From NCBI GenBank assembly GCA_937864235.1, contig CALMJI010000018.1:73955-137954 (forward strand): a DNA stretch of 64,000 nt, read 5' to 3'. The DNA comes from an uncultured bacterium (lineage in GTDB: Bacteria > Patescibacteriota > Minisyncoccia > SW-4-49-11). The first letter of the stretch is position 1, and each line of letters begins with the position of its first letter. Below the pieces are notes generated by a model. That model had not been told where the DNA came from, made no database searches, and was given only the letters and a program-made list of their open reading frames with translations. Both the position numbers and the translations under genes were made by a program. Positions 11,053-19,907 of the stretch are shown piece after piece.

Positions 11053-12159
11053 TTATAACGATACCAAACACTTATCTAATGCCTCTATAATCACCTTTTT
11101 GTCCATATTAGCTCCAATAAAGACAATTTTTTGTTCCCCCTTGCTTTCTCCAGCTTTAGATTTACTCCAATATCCATACGGATCAAGGTTGATAATATTC
11201 CCCGCTTGAGACCATAACAAAGCTGTTGTAAGATCAGAGTTATCCCAAGCAAACCCTTTAGACCGCACCACTCCTTGCAATGTTCCATTTTGTAATAATT
11301 CCATCAACTTTTGTCTATCAAAAGGCTTTTTACTCTCATAGACAAAACTACTAATTCCATATTCCTCAGTCTCTGGAGTATGTTCTCCTCTCATTTCTTT
11401 GAGCCAACCTATATTTTGAGAGGCTTTATCAAAATCAAATAATCCCGTATTGAGAATTTTCTCAAGAGAAATATCCCCTTTGACAGCCTCAATAATACGA
11501 GCATCTGGATTGAGTTTAGCTACAATACCCCGAATAGTTCCCACAGTGTCTTTGGAAACCAAATCAACTTTAGACAATACAATTACATCAGCAAATTCAA
11601 TTTGATCCGTCAGAAGCCCCACAATAGTTCTGGTATCTTCTTCTCCCAGAGATTCATCCGTATCCTTCAGCTGATCCTCTGAGGCAAGATAATTCATAAA
11701 ATTAGCAGTATCCACAACCGTCACCATAGTGTCAAGACGAGCAAAATGAGACAGAATATCTCCCGATTCATCATCAAAAGTAAAGGTCTCAGCAATCGGC
11801 AATGGTTCAGAAATTCCCGTAGACTCAATCACCAGATAATCAAATTTATTCTCTAGAGCAAGTTTTTTGACCTCTATTAATAAATCCTCTCTTAGAGTAC
11901 AACAAATACATCCATTACTAAGCTCAACCAATTTTTCTTCTGTTTTACTCAGAGAAACATCATTATTCGCTATCAGCTCAGCATCAATATTCACCTCAGA
12001 CATATCATTTACAATCACCGCAACCTTAAGACCCTGCCTATTTTTAAGAATAGCATTAAGAATAGTGGTTTTTCCACTACCTAAGAATCCAGATAAAACT
12101 GTGACTGGTAAAAGTTTCTTTTGCTTATCTTGCATAATATTATCTAATTGACTTTTCAC
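11053..12159 (-). CDS. CobW/COG0523-family GTPase metallochaperone
   Basis: Walker A GFLGSGKTT, metal-binding GCICC motif and CobW C-terminal domain. Confidence 0.85.
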   Translation of the reverse strand: MKSQLDNIMQDKQKKLLPVTVLSGFLGSGKTTILNAILKNRQGLKVAVIVNDMSEVNIDAELIANNDVSLSKTEEKLVELSNGCICCTLREDLLIEVKKLALENKFDYLVIESTGISEPLPIAETFTFDDESGDILSHFARLDTMVTVVDTANFMNYLASEDQLKDTDESLGEEDTRTIVGLLTDQIEFADVIVLSKVDLVSKDTVGTIRGIVAKLNPDARIIEAVKGDISLEKILNTGLFDFDKASQNIGWLKEMRGEHTPETEEYGISSFVYESKKPFDRQKLMELLQNGTLQGVVRSKGFAWDNSDLTTALLWSQAGNIINLDPYGYWSKSKAGESKGEQKIVFIGANMDKKVIIEALDKCLVSL

Positions 12160-12193
12160 AGTATATCAAAAAATATATCTAAATGCAAATTAT

Positions 12194-12541
12194 TTGCAAT
12201 ATGATATAAAGAGTATACTTAATTATGCTATAATATTATTATCACCTAAATTTAATAATATGGCACATACAGATTCTAAAGACTTACAAGCCAAACTTGA
12301 GCCAACTCAATATAATATCGAGGTCGGAGCTTATTATCATCATTACAAAAATCCTCAAACTCATTATAAAGTACTCAATCTAGCCTTATCCGAATGGGAT
12401 GAAGAACCAGCAGTAGTGTACCAGAGTATGACAGATACCTTAATCTGGGTCAGAAGGATAAATGGTGAAAATGGTTGGAATACCCCCGTCACACTAGACA
12501 ATAGCCAAATTGTGAATAGATTTGAGAGGGTAGAGGGGTAA
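12194..12541 (+). CDS. DUF1653 domain protein
   Basis: GAYYHHYKNPQTHYKVLNLA...EPAVVYQSMTDTLIWVRRI matches the DUF1653 signature as recalled (GxYRHYKG...Y.V...A...E..VVY....W.RP). Confidence 0.55.
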   Translation: MQYDIKSILNYAIILLSPKFNNMAHTDSKDLQAKLEPTQYNIEVGAYYHHYKNPQTHYKVLNLALSEWDEEPAVVYQSMTDTLIWVRRINGENGWNTPVTLDNSQIVNRFERVEG

Positions 12542-12545
12542 GGGG

Positions 12546-13034
12546 TTATTTATTTTCTAATACAATGGTGTTAAAAATATAGTCACTAAGACTTCTACTA
12601 TTTTTACTCAACACAGTTACTCCTGAAATTATAATATATATTAAAAATAAGATAGGTCTTATAAAACATATAAATGTTAATAGGAATCTATAAGGCAACA
12701 ACCATTTATTAACCTCATTACCATTTTTATGTAGCACCTTTAAACCTAATAAATTTCTACCCAATGTATTTCCTGAAAATGAGTATGGGAAACCAGAGTA
12801 TATCAATATAGATGCAAATAAAGTATAATCAAATAATTTTGGAGTGTAACTTTCTTTTAATCCATTTTCAAATAAATCTAAAAACAAATTCTCTAGAAAT
12901 TTAATATCTGTAAACCTAACTAATAATGCCAGAAAAATTAGTAATATAGCAGTTAATACTAGTATGAAAAATATATCTAGTAATATAGCAATGGATCTTT
13001 TCCAAGCAGAGGCTAATTTATTATTCATATACAT
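12546..13034 (-). CDS. RDD-family membrane protein
   Basis: WKRSIAILLDIFFILVL and GRNLLGLKVL motifs; 3 TM helices. Confidence 0.5.
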   Translation of the reverse strand: MYMNNKLASAWKRSIAILLDIFFILVLTAILLIFLALLVRFTDIKFLENLFLDLFENGLKESYTPKLFDYTLFASILIYSGFPYSFSGNTLGRNLLGLKVLHKNGNEVNKWLLPYRFLLTFICFIRPILFLIYIIISGVTVLSKNSRSLSDYIFNTIVLENK

Positions 13035-13146
13035 TAAATTAATTATTATATTCTTATTCTACTATTTATGTTATAGTTTGTCTACGATGCATCTCATCTT
13101 ATTCACTATATTTTTCATCCTTTTCACTACATCTTTCAAGAAACCA

Positions 13147-13488
13147 TTATCTCTTTTTCCTCACCCCAAACCCAACTATATAGCAGGCGATAAAAATTGT
13201 AATACTATAAGTAAGTTGGCTAGAGGGAATTTGTACTTCCTTATCAATCAAATTATCTAATTGAGCCATCTCTAAATATAACATTTGTAAATAATACCAA
13301 TACAAGACTATAGCCACTAATACTAATATAATTTTATCTAGACTTTTTGCTTGCAAGGATATTTTAAAACCGATCAAGATTATAAAAGGTGCTATAAACT
13401 GACCAAACATAAATGGTAAAAAGTAGAATATTATTGCTATTACTAATATTATTGTGAGTTTTAGAAAGTTATTTTTGAGTATATTCAT
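13147..13488 (-). CDS. small hydrophobic membrane protein (hypothetical)
   Basis: 113 aa, 3 TM helices, very AT-rich. Confidence 0.35.
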   Translation of the reverse strand: MNILKNNFLKLTIILVIAIIFYFLPFMFGQFIAPFIILIGFKISLQAKSLDKIILVLVAIVLYWYYLQMLYLEMAQLDNLIDKEVQIPSSQLTYSITIFIACYIVGFGVRKKR

Positions 13489-13510
13489 TTACTAAGTATT
13501 TTTAATTTCT

Positions 13511-13816
13511 TCACTTATTCAAATCTCTTGCCTTACGAACAAGATATAATTGTCTTAACATCAGAATATAATTGAAAGTCGCCCAAATAAAATATTTTAT
13601 CCAATCAGATTCTCCTCCACTCAATCCATTATTATCTATATAAATAGCCTCAGCATAAGTGACAACTATTATACCTATAATCGAGACAAAAGATATTAAA
13701 CTAAACCAAATAAACTTTTTCCTATATCTAGATATATACATCAGCACGAATATAAACATAAATAATGGAATAATATAGATATAGAATAAAAATAAAGGGA
13801 CTATTAAATCATACAT
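13511..13816 (-). CDS. small hydrophobic membrane protein (hypothetical)
   Basis: 101 aa, 3 TM helices. Confidence 0.35.
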   Translation of the reverse strand: MYDLIVPLFLFYIYIIPLFMFIFVLMYISRYRKKFIWFSLISFVSIIGIIVVTYAEAIYIDNNGLSGGESDWIKYFIWATFNYILMLRQLYLVRKARDLNK

Positions 13817-13838
13817 ATCATAATTATATTACTTACAT

Positions 13839-14141
13839 TTATTTCTTCTTCATAATATACCATATCCGAAACAATCCAATATAACTTACTCCTGTTAAAA
13901 TCAAAACATACCATAAGCTAAATGGGTTTACAGACCTATTTAATTCATCAGCTATAATAGCTTGCAATATAACTATATAAATGATACTAATCTGATTAAT
14001 AATTAAATAGATACAATCACTTATTATCTTTTTATTTTTAAAACTATAAACCAAAGTCATACTTATACATATGGGTGGGAGTATGTATAAAAAGAAAATA
14101 TATATAATTGATATTAAGTCAAGGAAAATGTTGTATATCAT
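13839..14141 (-). CDS. small hydrophobic membrane protein (hypothetical)
   Basis: 100 aa, 3 TM helices. Confidence 0.35.
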   Translation of the reverse strand: MIYNIFLDLISIIYIFFLYILPPICISMTLVYSFKNKKIISDCIYLIINQISIIYIVILQAIIADELNRSVNPFSLWYVLILTGVSYIGLFRIWYIMKKK

Positions 14142-14150
14142 ATAACAAAT

Positions 14151-15080
14151 TTAAGGATTACATAATGCTGCTAAAGTTCTCAGATATCCCACATTAGGAC
14201 GAAATTCTTCCAGATTCCAATAATCCTTCAATGGAGCAATATCTATATGACATCTATACTGATTAAACATACTATTGTATCTTGATCCTGACCATCTTCT
14301 TCCTGACTTAGTATGTACTTCTAAAAACCCTCCTGAAAGATTATCCCCACCCCAAGCTCGAGCACATGATGTAGGTAAAATACTTAATGACTCTTCAGCT
14401 CCTCTACGAATCCATCCTGACCAAGCAACATATTGCGAACAATATACTGGATCTGCTAAAATAGGATATACTGCATTGGTAGTGTCTATATGTTGAATTA
14501 AGGTATTTCCATTCAAAGCATACCAAGTTTTTATATCATTCCCTTTAGCATCCTTAGCCCATGGTGGTAATATCCCTGATTCTATTTTACCTTTATCGTT
14601 AATAATATCTACTCCTCCTTGTGTATTTATTTTTAAGTTATAACCTTTAGCTATCTCTATTGGAAAATTATATACTTTTGGAGCTTCATTATTCTTAATA
14701 TTAATTACTTGTCTGATTCCACCTTCTATTCCCTGTACCACAACATCTACCTTGTCGGAACTATAAATAACTTGTCCTTCGGTTGTAGATATTGTTGCTT
14801 TTCCTATATCTGCTATTCCTATTGATACTGTACCCTTTTGGATATTTTTTACTTGTATCTTTTTCTTATTTTGATCTATAATTACCCCTATATCTCCTTT
14901 CCAGTATTCTGACTTTTGATTCAGCTTCTCTACTCTAAGTCTACTTGGATCTTGTTTCTCAATTCTTTGTATAGTTTTTATATTTTCTGAATCTTTTTCA
15001 TTCCCATAAGCTAAAACTGGAAATTGACTAATCAATACCATTATTACCACCATCTGTATAAGTCCTTGTTTTAAATTCAT
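14151..15080 (-). CDS. secreted protein with Cys-containing C-terminal domain (DUF2599-like?)
   Basis: Signal peptide MNLKQGLIQMVVIMVLISQFPVLAYG; C-terminal block CSQYVAWSGW...CARAWGG...YRCHIDIAPLKDYWNLEEFRP. Confidence 0.5.
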   Translation of the reverse strand: MNLKQGLIQMVVIMVLISQFPVLAYGNEKDSENIKTIQRIEKQDPSRLRVEKLNQKSEYWKGDIGVIIDQNKKKIQVKNIQKGTVSIGIADIGKATISTTEGQVIYSSDKVDVVVQGIEGGIRQVINIKNNEAPKVYNFPIEIAKGYNLKINTQGGVDIINDKGKIESGILPPWAKDAKGNDIKTWYALNGNTLIQHIDTTNAVYPILADPVYCSQYVAWSGWIRRGAEESLSILPTSCARAWGGDNLSGGFLEVHTKSGRRWSGSRYNSMFNQYRCHIDIAPLKDYWNLEEFRPNVGYLRTLAALCNP

Positions 15081-15137
15081 AGATATAATTTAGATATATA
15101 CTTTAATTCTATATTATTTGTCAGTTATTGTCAAACA

Positions 15138-15908
15138 TTAACTCCTCAACCCCACTCCTCGACGGAGTAAGACTATATCAGTAATGGATAAGACTAATAC
15201 TAACATTACCAACATAACTACCGAAACCTGAATTGAGACATCTGAGACTCCAAAAAATCCATATCTAAAACCATTTACCATATATAAAATTGGGTTTGCC
15301 TTGGATATATTTTGCCAGAATTCTGGGAGTGCATTGACCGAATAAAATACTCCCCCAAGATAAGTCAGCGGGGTCAAGACAAAGGTTGGCACAATTGCTG
15401 TATGATCAAATTTCTTCGCAAAGATTGCATTCAATAACCCACCTAAAGAGAAAACTGTAGCCGTCAAAATAGAAAATAACAACACCGCCCAAATATTCAT
15501 AACTTCTAATTTGGTAAAGGCTAAAGCTACGATTAAGACCAAAACTCCTACTCCTAAACCTCTAATTATCCCCCCTACTACATAGCCCCAGACAATCACC
15601 CAATTCGGAGTGGGTGAAACTAATAATTCTTCTATGCTTTTGCCAAACTTAGCCCCAAAAAATGATCCCACCACATTCATAAAAGAGTTCGTAATAATTG
15701 CCATCATCACCAGTCCCGGGACTATGAATTGCATATAACTAATCCCCTCAATATCTCTAATCTGAGAGCCTACAAAAGAACCAAAAATCAAAAAATACAA
15801 ACTAGTAGTAATCACTGAAGGGAGCAAAGTCTGTGGCCAAATTCTAATAATTCGAATTAGCTCTTTATGAATAATTGTATATAGTGGTGTAAAAACTGGT
15901 GCTTTCAT
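15138..15908 (-). CDS. ABC-2 type transporter permease
   Basis: 256 aa, 6 TM helices, start abuts the upstream ATPase gene stop. Confidence 0.75.
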   Translation of the reverse strand: MKAPVFTPLYTIIHKELIRIIRIWPQTLLPSVITTSLYFLIFGSFVGSQIRDIEGISYMQFIVPGLVMMAIITNSFMNVVGSFFGAKFGKSIEELLVSPTPNWVIVWGYVVGGIIRGLGVGVLVLIVALAFTKLEVMNIWAVLLFSILTATVFSLGGLLNAIFAKKFDHTAIVPTFVLTPLTYLGGVFYSVNALPEFWQNISKANPILYMVNGFRYGFFGVSDVSIQVSVVMLVMLVLVLSITDIVLLRRGVGLRS

Positions 15909-15909
15909 A

Positions 15910-16815
15910 TTATTGTGAAACTTTATTGATAAATACTTCTTCTAACCTGTTCGTCTTATTCCTAATTCCTGTCACTCGCAATCCCTTGCTATGAAGTTCA
16001 TTGGTAATAGTATATAAATCCTCGCCCTGTAATAAATCTGTCTCTAGCCTCCCCTCTTCTATAACTCTGTATCTCTCTGGCAAATTCTTAACAGCTCCTA
16101 CCACATCTAGAACCAAAGTATCTTTTTTTAGCTCCGACAAAAGCTCTTTGACCGTACCAACTTCTAAGATATTACCCTTATTAATAATTCCCACTCTATC
16201 ACATAAATTCTCCGCCTCCTCCAGATAATGAGTAGTCAGGATAATAGTGACACCTTCCTGATTTAGTTCTCTTACAAATTCCCACATCTCTCGCCTCAAG
16301 TCCACATCCACTCCAGCAGAGGGCTCATCCAGTATAAGAATCTCGGGTTTATGAATTAGAGCACGGACAATCATCAGTCGCCTTTTCATACCTCCGGATA
16401 GCTTCATCGAGACAGTATCTCTTTTATCCCATAGCCCCAATCGCTTCAGTAAAATTTCAGCTCTTTCTTTAGCCTCTCCTGCCGGCATACCATAAAACCC
16501 TGCCTGCTGAATAACAATATCCTCCACCTTCTCAAACCAGTTAAAATTAAACTCTTGTGGTACCACCCCAAGATAAGTCTTGGCCTCTGAAGGGAATTTT
16601 TCAAAATCTAAACCATTAATTACAATATCACCTGAAGTTTTATTGGCAAGAGTTGTCAGCACATTGATAAGAGTAGACTTCCCCGCCCCATTAGGACCTA
16701 AAAGTCCAAAAATCTCCCCCTTATAAATAGTTAAATCTACTCCATTTAGAGCCTTAACTGCACCGTCCTTATAGGTTTTATATAAATTTTTAATCTCCAG
16801 AGCAACATCAGACAT
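15910..16815 (-). CDS. ABC transporter ATP-binding protein
   Basis: Walker A GPNGAGKST, signature LSGGMKRRL, Walker B ILILDEP. Confidence 0.9.
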   Translation of the reverse strand: MSDVALEIKNLYKTYKDGAVKALNGVDLTIYKGEIFGLLGPNGAGKSTLINVLTTLANKTSGDIVINGLDFEKFPSEAKTYLGVVPQEFNFNWFEKVEDIVIQQAGFYGMPAGEAKERAEILLKRLGLWDKRDTVSMKLSGGMKRRLMIVRALIHKPEILILDEPSAGVDVDLRREMWEFVRELNQEGVTIILTTHYLEEAENLCDRVGIINKGNILEVGTVKELLSELKKDTLVLDVVGAVKNLPERYRVIEEGRLETDLLQGEDLYTITNELHSKGLRVTGIRNKTNRLEEVFINKVSQ

Positions 16816-16881
16816 AAATATAATTTTATAATTTATATTTTTATATTATACCACAAAAACATATCAAAAACAATCTATGGT

Positions 16882-17628
16882 TTGACACTAAATATTGACA
16901 ACATGCTTATCTTGTGGTATGAATTAACTTGCCCTTTCACAAGAGGAGGAGATTCAATGATTCTGAGAAGAGGGTCTATTTTGCAAGCATTGGAAAATAC
17001 ATTCCACTCCTTAGCTATAATCAATATTAATAGTAATCTAAGTGATGAAGAGTTGGATCACATAGTTGATATTTTATTAAGTCAAAATCCTAGACTTAGA
17101 AGAGACAAAAATATTTATCATTGTCTATTGATAGGAAATAAATATCTTATTTTACCTTTGATAGGACAACTTGATAGAATCTATTATATTGAATGGATTG
17201 GAGATGAATATTGCATGCTAACATACATTTCCCCTCATTGCATAGAAATACCTATAGCTAAGGTATCCAAGCAACCTAATAGTTTAGAGGTATCTCTGTA
17301 TGGGTATAAAATACTCTATATACCCCAGATAATACAACTGCAAAATTATATTAGCCTATTCAAATTACTAAGAATAGATGCTAATGAATTTGATATGATA
17401 TGTAGCGTGAATACACATAACATAGATAATGAATATACAGAAGGCTGCTACCACTTTATGGATCATAATATCGGTAGCCCTGGATTACATTACTTTATAC
17501 CTCAAGTAAAGGTCCATGTGTTAGATGGACATGATGTAATGTTCAATAATTATTACGCTAACTTTAGTATATCAATAATACAGCTCCCCGATCAAATAGA
17601 AGAACTTGAAAACTATTTAACTCACTGA
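16882..17628 (+). CDS. hypothetical protein (Cys-containing, very AT-rich)
   Basis: 248 aa intact ORF with no recognisable family. Confidence 0.35.
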   Translation: MTLNIDNMLILWYELTCPFTRGGDSMILRRGSILQALENTFHSLAIININSNLSDEELDHIVDILLSQNPRLRRDKNIYHCLLIGNKYLILPLIGQLDRIYYIEWIGDEYCMLTYISPHCIEIPIAKVSKQPNSLEVSLYGYKILYIPQIIQLQNYISLFKLLRIDANEFDMICSVNTHNIDNEYTEGCYHFMDHNIGSPGLHYFIPQVKVHVLDGHDVMFNNYYANFSISIIQLPDQIEELENYLTH

Positions 17629-17662
17629 TCTCCTAAAGCCCAACCAGAACCTTCTGAGTGGG
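17629..17662 (+). terminator. putative rho-independent terminator
   Basis: AGCCCA...TGGGCT stem followed by TTTTTATTTT. Confidence 0.4.
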
Positions 17663-17733
17663 CTTTTTATTTTGTATTCAAGATATTAGATTATATGCTA
17701 TAATCAAAATATCCAATTGTTCTTTTACAAAAA

Positions 17734-18443
17734 TGAATGAATTTGAAATTGTTAATTTTTTTTCTCTTTGTGTTATTGACATATCTAAACTAAGGGGTAT
17801 AAATTTAAGAGATTTCTTAGAACTTGGGGACACTCCCGAGTACTATCTCATAATTAGCCCTCGTCATCTGTCTACAGAGTATCTACTCTTTAATTTACCT
17901 GAAAATTATAGAGTTCAGGCTGTATGTGGTAAGTTTTACATAGCCTCTCATATTGGAAGTGAAGATTACTATATCCCAGAAGCTGGGTATGCTTTAGTAA
18001 ATGTCACAAGCAAGGTGTCTGGGATAATTCTAAATATACGAGACATAAGAGTACTATATATTAATCTGGAAGGATGTGATTTTTCAGAAAGACAAACTGT
18101 ATATAGTGTGATTGATAAAATGCATATACCTCAATACAAAATACATCTTGTTTGCCTACAGTCTAGTGATATTAAAAGTTTAAGTTTAAAAAATTGGAGA
18201 TATCATCCTCTTGATAGCAAAGAATACTGCTTAAATTATCCAATCATCTTGCATTTTTTAGTTAATAATAATACTAGAATGTTTAAGACTGATACAAGTA
18301 TATTCACTCGAGATTGTATCACTCAAGATGGGAATGTAGGAATGACAATTTATATTCCATATATACCTAAAGGGTTGTTAGATTATCTTAAAAGGTGTTT
18401 AGAATTAAAGAACTCGTCCAATAACTCCTATAACCCCCCTTAA
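17734..18443 (+). CDS. hypothetical protein
   Basis: ORF frame 17658-18443; 17658 lies inside the terminator, so the start is more likely Met at 17734 (MNEFEIV). Confidence 0.3.
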
Positions 18444-18457
18444 GTCGTACGATTAAT

Positions 18458-19216
18458 TCATACGGCTTTTTTCTTTTCTAATAATTTCTTTTTCTTCACT
18501 TGCCTCTGATAATACCGAATAATTCTAAGGCGATAAAAAATCCCAAGAGTATCTATAAAAGTATCCCTTACAGTTTTATAATTTATACCACTGGAGGTAA
18601 GGTTTATGTACAATCTCACAGGCACTTCCAAAATCGGATAACCATAATAACGAGCCAGTACCAACATCTCAATATCAAAAGCATATCTTTTGACCAACAT
18701 CTGATCCATAATAAATGTAATTTTATCTCGCTCAAAACCTTTCAGCCCAACCTGAGTATCCTTAACTCCCAAACCGAATAAACCAAAGGTTATTAACTGC
18801 CCAATAGAACTAATTATTTTTCTGAAAAATGGATATTTTATAACTGATCCCCTAGCTCGTTTGGAGCCTATAACAATTGGGCATTCGGTAATCTGTAAGG
18901 TTGCAATCACCAAAGAAATATTCTCAACCGGGAAATCAAGTCCTGCATCATAGAAAATTACATATTCGCCCTTAGCAAAAGAAAGCCCATATTTCAGAGC
19001 CCACCCTTTCCCCTGATTAGGAGTAGAGAGATTAACTGAGGTCAATTCAGATTCATAAGGATAAGCCGCATCAAAAGTCTCCTGACACCCGTCAATAGCA
19101 ATAATAATCTCAATATTATATGGCTGTTGAATCGCATAAGCCTCGAGAGCTTGAATTGTCCTGGCAATATTATCCTTCTCTTTATAAGCAGGCACAACAA
19201 TACTAATATCCACCAT
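18458..19216 (-). CDS. family 2 glycosyltransferase (dolichol-phosphate sugar synthase-like)
   Basis: ISIVVPAYKEKDNI...IIIAIDGCQE GT2 N-terminal signature. Confidence 0.8.
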   Translation of the reverse strand: MVDISIVVPAYKEKDNIARTIQALEAYAIQQPYNIEIIIAIDGCQETFDAAYPYESELTSVNLSTPNQGKGWALKYGLSFAKGEYVIFYDAGLDFPVENISLVIATLQITECPIVIGSKRARGSVIKYPFFRKIISSIGQLITFGLFGLGVKDTQVGLKGFERDKITFIMDQMLVKRYAFDIEMLVLARYYGYPILEVPVRLYINLTSSGINYKTVRDTFIDTLGIFYRLRIIRYYQRQVKKKKLLEKKKAV

Positions 19217-19279
19217 AAAATAGCTTTATTTATAAACTTAAATTTATAATATCATAAAAATAATATTTTGGCTAAATTT

Positions 19280-19480
19280 TTGTCTCCTTTATTTTGTCTC
19301 CCTCCATATTTCGTAGGGGCGACCTTTCAGTCGCCTGTGTTTTTTCTAAAATTCCCCTATTGAGGGCTTTAAGTCCCTCCTATATTTATTTAGGAGGGGG
19401 TGGCACGGAGTGCCGGGGGTGGACTGTATTTGTATTTCTGTCCTCCCTTGGGGGAGGTGCCCGCAGGGCGGAGGAGGACA
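19280..19480. repeat. GC-rich modular intergenic repeat (modules GGCGAC-loop-GTCGCC, CCCCT-a-ttGAGGG, GGCAC-gga-GTGCC, CCTCCC-ttgg-GGGAGG)
   Basis: Same module family as the other loci. Confidence 0.8.
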
Positions 19481-19485
19481 TTCCA

Positions 19486-19854
19486 TTACAATCTATCCCT
19501 CACTATATCTTCAAGAATTATCATAACTCCATTTATAGACTTTAGAACTTCTTCATCAGTAAATCTAATTACCATAAAACCTAAATTCTCTAAATATTTT
19601 TGTCTAATAATGTCATTATCATAAATCTCTGGATGATTATGACTTTCTCCATCTACTTCTATAATTATTTTTAATTCTAGACATACAAAATCTACAATAT
19701 ATCTACCAACCGGTCTTTGTCTTCTAAAAATAACACCTAGTTTTTTACTCTTTAGACCATATTTCCATAAACAAGCTTCAGCTTTGGTCATAGAAGATCT
19801 TAATTTGTAAGCAACTGGTTTTAATCTTTTATTATAACTATTATTTTCTTTCAT
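19486..19854 (-). CDS. DUF559 endonuclease-domain protein (Vsr-like fold)
   Basis: RYIVDFVCLELKIIIEVDGESH...KYLENLGFMVIRF DUF559 signature. Confidence 0.8.
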   Translation of the reverse strand: MKENNSYNKRLKPVAYKLRSSMTKAEACLWKYGLKSKKLGVIFRRQRPVGRYIVDFVCLELKIIIEVDGESHNHPEIYDNDIIRQKYLENLGFMVIRFTDEEVLKSINGVMIILEDIVRDRL

Positions 19855-19907
19855 ATCGAGGGGTATATAATATATCTATATACTTTAGTACTGTCCTCCT
19901 CCGTCAC

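Noticed and set aside
17658-17733. ORF-track start of 17658 for the second hypothetical gene
   Set aside because: This start lies inside the putative terminator hairpin of the upstream gene. The internal Met at 17734 with an AT-rich upstream region is more plausible, but neither is verified.
19294-19624. ORFs 19294-19545 and 19400-19624 (and the similar 24330-24707, 25977-26219, 27375-27774, 28961-29170, 36874-37401, 48341-48645, 60045-60417 ORFs) lying inside GC-rich repeats
   Set aside because: They are open only because the repeat modules are GC-rich. Their translations are low-complexity (Gly/Pro/Arg-rich), they are present in both strands and frames, and the sequences recur as non-coding modules, so they are treated as repeat DNA and not genes.
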